Source: Gemmatimonadota bacterium
Lineage (GTDB): Bacteria > Gemmatimonadota > Gemmatimonadetes > Longimicrobiales > Gaopeijiaceae
Length of the DNA: 64,000 nt
Direction of reading: 5' to 3'
Assembly: GCA_034521595.1 (NCBI GenBank)
Contig: JAXHMG010000003.1
Span: 256,001 to 320,000 of the forward strand
Part shown: in pieces, positions 30,186-39,524 of the stretch
Numbering within the stretch: position 1 is the first letter of the stretch
Layout of the letters: every line of letters starts with the position of its first letter
Notes under the pieces: generated by a model
What the model was told of the DNA's origin: nothing
Databases searched by the model: none
What the model saw: only the letters and a program-made list of their open reading frames with translations
Made by a program: the position numbers and the translations under genes

Positions 30186-31601
30186 ATGGAATTCATTACC
30201 GGAAGGCACATTCCCCGTCGCACGTTTCTGCAAGGCATGGGGGCCTCCGTCGCACTACCGTTTCTCGACGCGATGGTCCCCGCGGGCCGTGGTTGGTCCA
30301 GTGCGGCCGCCGAGTTCGACGCCACCCGTCTCGTCGCCATCGAGATGGTGCACGGCGCGGCAGGATGTAACGACTGGGGCGCGACCCAGAACCTGTGGGC
30401 CCCCGCTGATGTGGGCCGGAATTTCGACCTGAGCCCGACGTCGCTCCGTTCGCTGGAGTCTTGGAGAGAGTACCTCACGATCGTGAGCAACACCGACGTC
30501 CGGATGGCCGAAGCGTTCAAGCCGAAGGAGATCGGCGGTGACCACTTCCGCTCGAGCGCGGTGTTCCTCACGCAGTCGCATCCGAAGCAGACCGAGGGTT
30601 CCGACGTCTTCGTCGGTACCTCGCTGGATCAGATGTACGCCAAGCGGTATGGGCAGGATACGCCCATCCCCTCGATGCAGCTGTGTATCGAGAATATCGA
30701 TCAGTCCGGCGGCTGTGCGTACGGGTACACTTGCGTCTACACGGACTCGATCAGCTGGGCCTCACCCACCGAGCCGCTCCCGGTCATCCGGGATCCGCGC
30801 GTGGCGTTCGAGCAGCTCTTCGGCGCCGGTGGCACGGCTGAGGAGCGTGCGCTGCGCCGCCGTACCGGCAGCAGCATCCTGGACTGGGTGTCCGGGCGTG
30901 TGAGCCAATTGCGGCGTGACCTGGGCCCGAATGATCGCGACCGACTCGATCGTTACTTGGAGAACGTGCGCGAGCTCGAGCGTCGCATCGAGCTGGTGGA
31001 GGCACAGAACCAGAGCGGTGAGATGCGCGAGCTGCCCGAAGCGCCGGCCGGTGTGCCGGATTCCTTCGAGGAGCACGTGCGGCTCATGTTCGACGTTCAG
31101 GCCCTCGCCTTCGAATCCGATACCACGCGCGTGTTTTCCTTCAAGATGGGCCGTGACTCCTCCGCTCGAGTGTACCCGGATAGCGGGACGGACAAACCGT
31201 TCCACCCGGCATCGCACCACGGTGGGCAAGAAGAAGCCATCTTGGACTTCCAGAAGATCAACACGTACCACGTCAGCATGCTGCCGTACTTCTTGGAGAG
31301 CCTCAGCAAGATCCAGGAAGGCGACCAGACCATGCTCGACAAGACGATGATCGTCTATGGGTCTCCGATGGGCGATCCGAACCTCCACAACCATCGCCGG
31401 ACACCTCTGATCACGTTGGGCGGTGCCAACGGCAAGCTGGAAGGGAACCTGCACTTGAGGGCACCCGACGGTACGCCGATGGCGAATGCGATGCTAAGCC
31501 TGATGCACAAGCTCGGGTTGGACGACATGGAAAGCTTCGGAGACAGCACTGGCGAACTCTCGTTCGGTGCTCCGTCCATCTCGACGGCCATGGGCCGCTG
31601 A
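30186..31601 (+). CDS. DUF1552 (HxxSHH) Tat protein, copy 3
   Basis: PRRTFLQG; HPASHH. Confidence 0.92.
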   Translation: MEFITGRHIPRRTFLQGMGASVALPFLDAMVPAGRGWSSAAAEFDATRLVAIEMVHGAAGCNDWGATQNLWAPADVGRNFDLSPTSLRSLESWREYLTIVSNTDVRMAEAFKPKEIGGDHFRSSAVFLTQSHPKQTEGSDVFVGTSLDQMYAKRYGQDTPIPSMQLCIENIDQSGGCAYGYTCVYTDSISWASPTEPLPVIRDPRVAFEQLFGAGGTAEERALRRRTGSSILDWVSGRVSQLRRDLGPNDRDRLDRYLENVRELERRIELVEAQNQSGEMRELPEAPAGVPDSFEEHVRLMFDVQALAFESDTTRVFSFKMGRDSSARVYPDSGTDKPFHPASHHGGQEEAILDFQKINTYHVSMLPYFLESLSKIQEGDQTMLDKTMIVYGSPMGDPNLHNHRRTPLITLGGANGKLEGNLHLRAPDGTPMANAMLSLMHKLGLDDMESFGDSTGELSFGAPSISTAMGR

Positions 31602-31638
31602 GACGGGACTATCCTGAAGCTTGCGTAGGGAGATACAT

Positions 31639-33477
31639 ATGAAGAACCGTTTGCACACTCATTCATTGGGCGCGCTTTTGGCGACGCTCTTCCTGTGGGG
31701 TGGCACGCCACCGGAAGCCCCGGTAGCGGATGCTGCCATGCAGGGAGACTTCGCCCGGGTCGAGTCACTGATCCAAGAGGGTGCGGACCCGGACGTCGCT
31801 CAGGGAGACGGGATGACCGCGCTCCACTGGGCGGCCGAGCAAGGGCACGCCGAGATGGCCCGTACGCTCGTCGATGCGGGTGCGAGCCTTTCGTTGACGA
31901 CACGCCTGGGTGACTACACGCCCCTTCATATGGCGGCACGAGGAGGGCACGCGGAGGTCCTGGAGATTCTGCTCGAAGCGGGCAGCGACCCGAATGCACG
32001 CACGTCCACGGGCGGTAGCACGGCGCTTCATTTCGCCGCCACCACATCGAGTCAACCGGCGGTGGCCGCGTTGATCGCATACGGCGCGAACGTCGACACT
32101 CGTGAAGATCATTGGGACCAGACCCCTCTGATGTTCGCGGCTTCGAAGGGCCGGCTCGAGACCGTGGAGACCCTGTTGGACGCGGGCGCCGACGTGAACG
32201 CCATGTCCGGTGTGCGTGACATGCGCGTGCGCGAGGCGGAGGATGATGCCGGTGAGGATATCCGGGACCGGGTCCTCGAAGAGCTTCGGGCCGAGCACGA
32301 GGCCAAAAGCGGTGACGAGAACTGGCGGCCGAGCCCGAGCGAAGTGCAGATGGCTCTGCGACGGGCACGTGCGGAGGACGGTCGGGAAATCGAGGGGTCC
32401 GAAGACTTGCCGGGCTCGGCATATATTCCGCCGGAGAAGGTGGATGAGTACCGGAGCGAGGAGTCCGAGGAGTACAATCCGTCGTATGCCGCGCTCGTTG
32501 GGGGTCAAGGTGGCCTGACGCCGCTTCTCCATGCCGTTCGGGAAGGTGAGCCCGAAGTCGCGCTTCGACTGATCGAGGCCGGGGCTGACATCAACCAGCG
32601 GAGCGGTGGTGACGGCACGAGCCCGCTGCTCATGGCCGCCATGAACGGTCACTTCGACATGATGTTCGAGCTGCTCGACCGTGGTGCCGACCCGAACCTC
32701 GCGAGCGATGCCGGCACAACGCCGTTGTTCGCGGTGATCAACACTCAGTGGGCGCCGAAGGCGCGGTACCCTCAGCAACGGGCGTACCTGCAGCAGGAAG
32801 CTTCGCACCATGACATGATGCGAGCCTTGCTCGACGCCGGTGCTGACCCGAACGTGCGGCTGACCAAGCACCTGTGGTTCATGGAATACACGTTCAGTCA
32901 CCTGGACGTGGACATGCGGGGAGCCACGCCATTCTTCCGGGCTGCACACGCTCTGGACGTGGAAGCTATGAAGATGTTGGTGGAGGCCGGCGCGGACCCG
33001 ACGGTTCCGACGAAGAAGCCGCCGGAGCGTCGTCGTCGGTATGATGATGATGAAGAGGAAGAGGAAGAGGATCCATCCGGGCTGCCCCCGGTCGAGGAAG
33101 GCGGCCCGGCGGTGTATCCGATCCACGTGGCCACCGGGCACGGATATGGCACGGGGTACGCCGGCAACTCACACCGGCATGTTCCGGACGGGTGGATGAA
33201 CGCCGTCAAGTACCTCGTGGAAGAAGTTGGAGCCGATGTGAATGCCCGGGACTACCGGGGTTATTCGCCACTCCACAATGCGGCAGCGCGGGGTCACGTG
33301 GAGATGTTGGAATACCTAGTCTCCAAGGGCGCCGACCCCCTCGCGGTCAGTCGGCGGGGCCAAACGACCGTCGACATGGCCAATGGACCGGTGCAGAGAA
33401 TTCAGCCCTTCCCGGAAGCGATCCGCTATTTGGAGAGCTTGGGGGCTGAGAACAACAATCGGTGTCAGTCCTGCTGA
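31639..33477 (+). CDS. Exported ankyrin-repeat protein with C-terminal CxxC, copy 3
   Basis: GGGAG then ATG at 31639; ankyrin repeats; ends NNNRCQSC. Confidence 0.92.
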   Translation: MKNRLHTHSLGALLATLFLWGGTPPEAPVADAAMQGDFARVESLIQEGADPDVAQGDGMTALHWAAEQGHAEMARTLVDAGASLSLTTRLGDYTPLHMAARGGHAEVLEILLEAGSDPNARTSTGGSTALHFAATTSSQPAVAALIAYGANVDTREDHWDQTPLMFAASKGRLETVETLLDAGADVNAMSGVRDMRVREAEDDAGEDIRDRVLEELRAEHEAKSGDENWRPSPSEVQMALRRARAEDGREIEGSEDLPGSAYIPPEKVDEYRSEESEEYNPSYAALVGGQGGLTPLLHAVREGEPEVALRLIEAGADINQRSGGDGTSPLLMAAMNGHFDMMFELLDRGADPNLASDAGTTPLFAVINTQWAPKARYPQQRAYLQQEASHHDMMRALLDAGADPNVRLTKHLWFMEYTFSHLDVDMRGATPFFRAAHALDVEAMKMLVEAGADPTVPTKKPPERRRRYDDDEEEEEEDPSGLPPVEEGGPAVYPIHVATGHGYGTGYAGNSHRHVPDGWMNAVKYLVEEVGADVNARDYRGYSPLHNAAARGHVEMLEYLVSKGADPLAVSRRGQTTVDMANGPVQRIQPFPEAIRYLESLGAENNNRCQSC

Positions 33478-33527
33478 TGCATAGCAGGGGCTGACACGGG
33501 AGCACGATCCCGGTCGCCGTGAAGTTC

Positions 33528-33570
33528 AAAGGGCCCGACGCCGCTCACTTTGGGCGTCGGGCCCTTTTCG
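33528..33570 (+). terminator. Intrinsic terminator closing module copy 3
   Basis: aaagggcccgacgcc / ggcgtcgggcccttt stem running into a T-tract. Confidence 0.85.
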
Positions 33571-33692
33571 TGTTCTATGTGCTTCGCCGCCATGGATCTT
33601 GCGGGGACAGGTGGCGCGGCCCTACGGTCACCGAGATGCTAACCGAAAGGGAAGGCATCCTCCACATACCTTCGAGAAGGAGCGACACTCCG

Positions 33693-34367
33693 ATGACTAC
33701 GGTAAGGAGCTTCTCAGGGCGTAGCTCGATGGCCCTGAGCCTGTGTGCGGTGGTAACGGTGTTCGCGGCACCGGCCGTCGCGCAGGATTCGCCCGCACAT
33801 GCCCACATGGGTCATGTGGCCGACGGGTTCGGAAACACTCCCGACGGCGCGGGCCTGTTGCCGACCGCCATCGCGGAGGCCGAGGTTGCTCGCCAGCACG
33901 CGGAGTTGGCGTTGCGGGACACGGAGGACCTCGGGGCCATGCAACGGCACGCAGGGCATGTGCTCCATGCGCTGGATCCGTCCAGGATCCAAGGAGGGCC
34001 GGGAGCGGGCTACGGTGTCGTCGAGGGCGCCTCAGGCGTCGTCCGCCATATCGAGATGGCCGGCGAGCACGAGAGCGCGAGCGAGAACATCAAGACCCAT
34101 GCGACACATGTCGCGACCGCGGCCGGGAGCGTCGTCGCACGCGCCGAGGAAGGGGCGACCCTCGCGGAACGTATCGTGAATGCCGGGTCGGCTGCCCAAG
34201 CGGCCGAGCTACTGGAGGAGCTGGCCACGCTGACCGAACGAGTTCTGCACGGCTACGATGCCGATGGAGACGGTCGAATCGGGTGGCAGGAGGGGGAGGG
34301 GGGCTTGGCTCAGGCCGAACAGCACATGACCCTCATGAAGCGCGGAGAGGGAATGAGCGGCGGCTGA
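33693..34367 (+). CDS. Secreted His-rich helical protein with a DxDxDG loop, function unknown
   Basis: AAGGAG upstream; signal peptide ending AVA-Q; three HxxHV motifs; DADGDGRIG. Confidence 0.8.
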   Translation: MTTVRSFSGRSSMALSLCAVVTVFAAPAVAQDSPAHAHMGHVADGFGNTPDGAGLLPTAIAEAEVARQHAELALRDTEDLGAMQRHAGHVLHALDPSRIQGGPGAGYGVVEGASGVVRHIEMAGEHESASENIKTHATHVATAAGSVVARAEEGATLAERIVNAGSAAQAAELLEELATLTERVLHGYDADGDGRIGWQEGEGGLAQAEQHMTLMKRGEGMSGG

Positions 34368-34396
34368 TCCTGCCATAGAGTCGTACAAGGAGACAA

Positions 34397-34441
34397 CGAC
34401 AAGGGGCGTACCACGCTTTGAAGCGTGGACGCCCCTTGTCG
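34397..34441. terminator. Long hairpin between convergent genes
   Basis: cgacaaggggcgt(a)ccacgct / agcgtggacgccccttgtcg. Confidence 0.6.
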
Positions 34442-34477
34442 CGTCCGCTGTTTGGGATCGGGTGACGAGCCCGGTGC

Positions 34478-34852
34478 TCAACTCCCCCCGGGTTCCGAGA
34501 TCTCGACGCTCACGGTGTCGGAGGTGCCGCCGTCTCCCGTCTCGAGCCGGCCGACCACCTCGAAGCTGCCGGCGATCTCGTAGGCGTATTTCACCTCCTC
34601 GATCCGCTCAACCTGGTTGGGCGTCTGAGCGACGATGGTGTCCTGAACGCCGTCTCCGTAATCCAACAGGACCCCCAGAATGGAGGTTCCCGAGGCGTCG
34701 TACGTGAAGGTGATAGAATCACCCACTTCGGCTGACGCCGGGTCGGCCGTCAGGGTGAAGCTCAGGGCGCGCGTCCCGGTGATGTCGTCGTCCAGGCACG
34801 CGGCCAGGACACCGGTGGAAAGGAGTGCCGTTAGGGCGACGAGTTTCTTCAC
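34478..34852 (-). CDS. Small PKD/Ig-like lipoprotein
   Basis: Lipobox LAAC; VGDSITFTY, DYGDG, YAYEIAGSFEV. Confidence 0.75.
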   Translation of the reverse strand: MKKLVALTALLSTGVLAACLDDDITGTRALSFTLTADPASAEVGDSITFTYDASGTSILGVLLDYGDGVQDTIVAQTPNQVERIEEVKYAYEIAGSFEVVGRLETGDGGTSDTVSVEISEPGGS

Positions 34853-34985
34853 GATCTCACTGATCCAGTTTGAGGTGTGGCACGTACGCTAATGAATAAC
34901 GTACCCGGCGGTGGCTCGACAGGGTTCACCCGGAGCCCGGTGGATGACGGCGAGGGAAGAGCCCGGGACCGTGGCAGTGTTGCCG

Positions 34986-35037
34986 AAAAAACGAAAGAGC
35001 CGCTGAAGCTCAACTGCGCTTCAGCGGCTCTCTCGTT
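34986..35037 (-). terminator. Intrinsic terminator after susD
   Basis: agagccgctgaagc / gcttcagcggctct stem; A-tract on + gives a U-tract on the minus strand. Confidence 0.8.
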
Positions 35038-35102
35038 CAGGCCCGTGGCATTCCGGAGTGCGGACGGTTCCGAAGAACCGCCGCACCCGGAACACCCAGG
35101 GT

Positions 35103-36533
35103 CTAGTTCACCGTCGGAATGTTCGGGTTGGCTTCCCGCTCATCGTCCGGAATGTCGAAGCAGCGAAGACGGTCGGGCCCACCCCTTTGATCGGCGGCTG
35201 CCTTGGCGTCGTCGAAGACCTCGGAGACGAGCTCGAACGGCGGGCGGCGAACGTCGCCCCCCAGACCCTGACCGTCTTCCCAACGACGGAGGTCGCCGAG
35301 ACGGCGGGCTTCGCCCCAGAGCTCGATGGCACGCTCGCGCATCAGGTAGCTCATTGCAGTCGGGACGTCGCTCGCCGGGGGAAGCGGATCCCAGCCCGGA
35401 AGCTGGCCGAACACGTCCGGGGGCGTTCGGTCGAGCTGACCCCCGTTGTCACTCTCGATGCCCTCACGGAGGTCACCGATGATGTCCATCGCTTCCGGCC
35501 AGTCGCCATCGTTGAGCGCGGCCTCGGCTTCGATGAGGCGCATCTCGTCGTAGCTCGCGAGCCGGAAGTCGTCGCCACCGCCGGTGTATTTCTCCTGGTT
35601 GAGCCACGGTGTCTGCCCGTAGCCCTGGAGCGCGGCGTTGGAGAACGGCACGGTCTCACTCTGTGGCAGAACGGAGACCCGGGGGTCGCCCGTCAGCTCG
35701 TAATACCCGTCGAACTCGGGCAGCGAAGGATCCTGGCCTTCGAGATCACTGTCGCTGCCGCCGTAATACGTGAACCACATCGTGTAGCCGCGGTACGGCG
35801 CATCCGCGTTCGCGTAGTACAACCGGTTCCGCGTCGGCGGATCCTGGTTCACCGAGTTGAGCGCGAATTCCCAGCTCTCGTCGGTGATGGCGCCGGCGTC
35901 CGTCTCCGCGCCGTCCCAGTCGCCGAGCCACACCCGTACCTGGGCGCGGCCCGCACGGGCGGCGAGAACCAGCTCCGGGTCCGTGCCGTTGTTGATGGCG
36001 TTGGTGAAGTGCTCTTCGGCCCGTGTCATGTAGACGGATCCGGGCTGAGCTTCGCCCCCGTCGAACACGGCTTGGCACCAGTTCTCTCCAAGGACGCGGT
36101 TGGCGTAACCGGCCCACACCATGGCCTGTTGGATGACCTCGGGCTCGGCTTCATCCTCGGTGCCTTCGACCTCCGCGAAGAGGTCGAGGGCGGTCTCGGC
36201 TACGAAACGTGCCTGTACGGCGTCGTTGAAGTGGCCGTCGAACGAGCCCGGCTCGAGGTAGCCGCCCTGCACGAGCACGTCATGGCCGTGCGCCCCCGTC
36301 TGTCCACCCGGGAAGATCTCCCGGGCGGGCAGCGCGGAGGTGTAGCTGATGAAGTTCATGGCTTCGAGCAGCCTACGGCCGGAGCCGTTCACCAGTGCTT
36401 CGTGCGACTCCTTTTGGGACAGGAATGCGTCCTGAACCGGACCGGGGTTCGTCACGTCACAGGCGCCCATGAAGAGCAAGCCCGTGAGCGCGACGCATCC
36501 CGTGATGGTATGTCGTCTATGTGTAGAGTTCAT
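35103..36533 (-). CDS. susD: RagB/SusD-family outer-membrane lipoprotein
   Basis: Lipobox MGAC-DVTNPG; RLASYDEMRLIEAEA; RERAIELWGEARRLGDLRRW; ends EREANPN. Confidence 0.9.
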   Translation of the reverse strand: MNSTHRRHTITGCVALTGLLFMGACDVTNPGPVQDAFLSQKESHEALVNGSGRRLLEAMNFISYTSALPAREIFPGGQTGAHGHDVLVQGGYLEPGSFDGHFNDAVQARFVAETALDLFAEVEGTEDEAEPEVIQQAMVWAGYANRVLGENWCQAVFDGGEAQPGSVYMTRAEEHFTNAINNGTDPELVLAARAGRAQVRVWLGDWDGAETDAGAITDESWEFALNSVNQDPPTRNRLYYANADAPYRGYTMWFTYYGGSDSDLEGQDPSLPEFDGYYELTGDPRVSVLPQSETVPFSNAALQGYGQTPWLNQEKYTGGGDDFRLASYDEMRLIEAEAALNDGDWPEAMDIIGDLREGIESDNGGQLDRTPPDVFGQLPGWDPLPPASDVPTAMSYLMRERAIELWGEARRLGDLRRWEDGQGLGGDVRRPPFELVSEVFDDAKAAADQRGGPDRLRCFDIPDDEREANPNIPTVN

Positions 36534-36548
36534 CGTTGATCATTCCCC

Positions 36549-39524
36549 TCAGAACGTGATCCGGAGCGAGGCCCGGAAGGAGATCGGGTTGGGTACGCGC
36601 TCGGTCGCGCCGAGGCCGCCGGAGTTCGCGCCCTGGTTCCCGAGCATCTCGGGATCCATCCACGGAATGTCCTTCATCCAGAGAACGGAGTTGTTGAGCG
36701 AGAGCGTGAGGGTGGATCCCGTCACGCGGTCCGGGAACGCGAAGTCCATCGGGATCGAGGCGCTGACGCTCCGCAGCTTGAAGTAGTCGGCATCGTACCA
36801 GTAGCCCTCTTCCTCACTCGGCGTGCAGCGTGCGCGCCAAATGGCTGGTGTGTTCGCCTCGTCGAGCGCGACACCCGTCTCGCCCTGATAGTACGGATAG
36901 CAGAGCGGCGAACGCACCGACCGAGAGACCGAAATCGGGTTGATCTCGATGACGTTCCCGCCACGGTACTCACCGCGCGCTGCGAGCACGATTCCGCGAG
37001 GCAGGCGCAGGCTCGTGTTGAGGTTCACCGTCCGGGTCGGAAGCTCGGGGCCCCAGAGGTACTGCTCGTCGTACTCGGGATCCGCGATCTCGTCCGGGTT
37101 GGTGACCCGGAATCCGCGGTTGACCGGTACCGGCTGACCTTCGATGACCCAGCCACCGAGCGCGTCGAATTCGGACGCGCCGCCGAGGTCGATGACTTCG
37201 GACTTGTTGGTGGTCAGGTCCACGCCGATGTCCCAGCTGTAGTCGGCCGTCTCGATGGGCGTGACGTTCAGCCCGAACTCGAGCCCCTTGTTGTTGAGCT
37301 CACCCACGTTCTGGAGCTGTGACTGCGAGAAGCCGGAGGACGGGGTCTGCCCGACGTCGAGCAGGGCGTCCGTCGTGGTCTGGTTGTAGTAGGTGAAGAC
37401 CAGGTTCAAGCGGTCGTTCCACCACGAAGCGTCGAATCCGGCTTCGAACTCGCCGGTGACTTCCGGACCGAGGTCGGGGTTGCCGACGTTCTCCGGCACG
37501 AAAGCCGGCACGTCGCCCCAGCCGATCGGGTCCCAGGTGCGTACCGCGTCGAACGCGCCGGGCGCACGGCCGGACTGTCCATAGGCCGCGCGCAGCTTGA
37601 CCTGACCACCCGCTTCCGGCCAGAAAGATTCGTCGGATATGACCCACGAACCGCTGACCTTGGGATAGACCTGGAGGCCGAAGCCCTCACCGAAGGCGCT
37701 GTTGCCGTCCACGCGCACACCGGTCGTCAGGAAGTACTTGTCGGTGATGTCGAGCACGTTCTGGAAGAAGAAGCCGGCGTTCCAGACACGCTCGCGCTCC
37801 TCTTCGGCGATCTTGATCGACGCCGAGCTGACGGTGGGCTCGGCGGCACCGGGGAAGATCTCACCCCAGCCCTCGAGCTCGCGGATCTCGTCGCCGACGG
37901 CCTGACCACCCCATGAGAAGTTCGAACGGAGCGCGTCGTTGATGTCCAAGCTGTACGTACCGACATAGTCGAACGTGAGCAGACGGTTCTGCCACGTGTT
38001 GTTCAGGAGCGCCCCGTCCGGCCGCTGCTCGAAGCCGAACGGCCGGAGGTTCCGGGCCTCCTGCTGCGAGAAGTCGTACCCGATGGTGAACCGGTTGGTC
38101 AGGTTGTCGAGCGGCGAGTACGTGACCGTACCACCCGTGGTGAACCGCTCGATGCGCTGCTGAATGTCGAACGGAAGAACCTCGCTGATCCGGTCGAAGT
38201 CACCGGACCCGAAGTAGTTCTGGTCCTGACGGAACACGTTCAGCGTGAGTCCCTGGGCGTTGTTACCGCTGGGAGTGTTCTGCTGCCACTGGTTCGTGTA
38301 GCCGGTGTTCAACTGGAGCTGCAGGCCTTCCGTCGGCGTGAACGTGAAGTTCCCCCGCGTGGTCCACTTCTCGAGCTGGTCGCTCGGCAGCATGCCGACG
38401 ACGTCGTCGTACTGTCCGGAGACGAAGTACTGGAGGTCCTGTCCCCCGCCACGCACGGACGCGGAGTAGACCTGCGTCCAGTTGGTGGCGCCCGTACGGA
38501 AGTCGTCGTACATCCGGTTCGGGCTGCCGTCCGGAGCTTCGGGGCCCCAGCCGCCGTCACCGACGCCGAGCCAACCGTCCCGCAGGAACGGCTCCATGAA
38601 GAGGTACGGCACGTCGTCCGTGCCGAACTTCCGGGACCATGCGGTGCCCTGCTGTGTCTCCACCGTCCAGACCGGAGCGCCGGCGGAGCCGCGCTTCGTG
38701 AAGATCTGGATCACGCCGGCGGAGGCTTCCGTTCCGTACAGCGTCGTCGCCGCCGAGCCCTTGATGATCTCGATGCGCTCGATGTCGTTCGGGTTGATCG
38801 CGTCGAGCGGGCTGGCCGTCACGTTCGCGCCCCGCCCGCTACGGTAGTCGCGGCCGGCGGTCTGCGGGAACGCGCCGGACATCATGCGCACGCCGTCGAT
38901 GTAGATGATCGGCTGGTTGCTCATGCTGACGCTGGAGTTCCCGCGTAGGCGGATGACCTTACCCTGTCCGACCTCGCCGCCGGCGGAGGTGAGCTCGACA
39001 CCGGGCGCCGCGGACTGGAGGAGATCCGTCGCGACCGTCGGCCGGTCCGGCACGTCCGAAACGTTGATCTGGGAGATCGTGTTCCCGACCTCGCGGCGCC
39101 GGGAGGCGCCCGCGGTGCCGGTGACGACGATCTCGTCGAGCCCGAGCGCCTCGGAGTCGAGGGCGAAGTTGACCTCGGTCGCTTCTCCGGCCGTCACGTT
39201 GATTTCCTGGACGGAGGCCGCATATCCGATGCGTTCCGCTCGGAGCTCGTACGTGCCCGCGGGCACGTTGAGGATCACGAAGCGGCCGTCGGCACGGCTG
39301 AGCACGCCGAGCCCGGCGCTGGGGATGTGGACCTGGACCTCGCCGAGGGGCGCCCCGGAGGACGCGTCCTGGACTTGTCCGACCACCTGGCCGTTCTGGG
39401 CTTCGGCCGCGCTGGCCGAAGCGCCCAACATGACCGCGAGCGCGAGGCTCGCCAGCCAGCCGAGCCGCCGCGACGAGCTTCCGCTCGCTCGCGGCGTCCT
39501 GGATACAAACTTGGGTAGCATCAT
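36549..39524 (-). CDS. susC: SusC/RagA-family TonB-dependent outer-membrane transporter
   Basis: CarboxypepD_reg domain; LDEIVVTG; plug PIIYIDGV...IERIEIIKGSAATTLYG; VGNPDLGPE; terminal Phe. AGGAG 7 nt before ATG at 39524. Confidence 0.93.
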   Translation of the reverse strand: MMLPKFVSRTPRASGSSSRRLGWLASLALAVMLGASASAAEAQNGQVVGQVQDASSGAPLGEVQVHIPSAGLGVLSRADGRFVILNVPAGTYELRAERIGYAASVQEINVTAGEATEVNFALDSEALGLDEIVVTGTAGASRRREVGNTISQINVSDVPDRPTVATDLLQSAAPGVELTSAGGEVGQGKVIRLRGNSSVSMSNQPIIYIDGVRMMSGAFPQTAGRDYRSGRGANVTASPLDAINPNDIERIEIIKGSAATTLYGTEASAGVIQIFTKRGSAGAPVWTVETQQGTAWSRKFGTDDVPYLFMEPFLRDGWLGVGDGGWGPEAPDGSPNRMYDDFRTGATNWTQVYSASVRGGGQDLQYFVSGQYDDVVGMLPSDQLEKWTTRGNFTFTPTEGLQLQLNTGYTNQWQQNTPSGNNAQGLTLNVFRQDQNYFGSGDFDRISEVLPFDIQQRIERFTTGGTVTYSPLDNLTNRFTIGYDFSQQEARNLRPFGFEQRPDGALLNNTWQNRLLTFDYVGTYSLDINDALRSNFSWGGQAVGDEIRELEGWGEIFPGAAEPTVSSASIKIAEEERERVWNAGFFFQNVLDITDKYFLTTGVRVDGNSAFGEGFGLQVYPKVSGSWVISDESFWPEAGGQVKLRAAYGQSGRAPGAFDAVRTWDPIGWGDVPAFVPENVGNPDLGPEVTGEFEAGFDASWWNDRLNLVFTYYNQTTTDALLDVGQTPSSGFSQSQLQNVGELNNKGLEFGLNVTPIETADYSWDIGVDLTTNKSEVIDLGGASEFDALGGWVIEGQPVPVNRGFRVTNPDEIADPEYDEQYLWGPELPTRTVNLNTSLRLPRGIVLAARGEYRGGNVIEINPISVSRSVRSPLCYPYYQGETGVALDEANTPAIWRARCTPSEEEGYWYDADYFKLRSVSASIPMDFAFPDRVTGSTLTLSLNNSVLWMKDIPWMDPEMLGNQGANSGGLGATERVPNPISFRASLRITF

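Noticed and set aside
33025-33072. Trinucleotide-like runs (cgt, gat, gag/gaa) as a contingency locus
   Set aside because: They are in-frame Arg/Asp/Glu low-complexity linker sequence, also present in shorter form in the paralogs.
14916-33477. Triplication as an assembly artefact or a CRISPR-like/tandem DNA repeat
   Set aside because: The copies differ at many synonymous and non-synonymous sites and have distinct intergenic regions and indels.
20574-33520. All three ankyrin genes end Cys-TGA, raising possible selenocysteine readthrough
   Set aside because: TGA is the default stop in high-GC genomes; the downstream frames and hairpins are not conserved among the copies, and no convincing SECIS is present.
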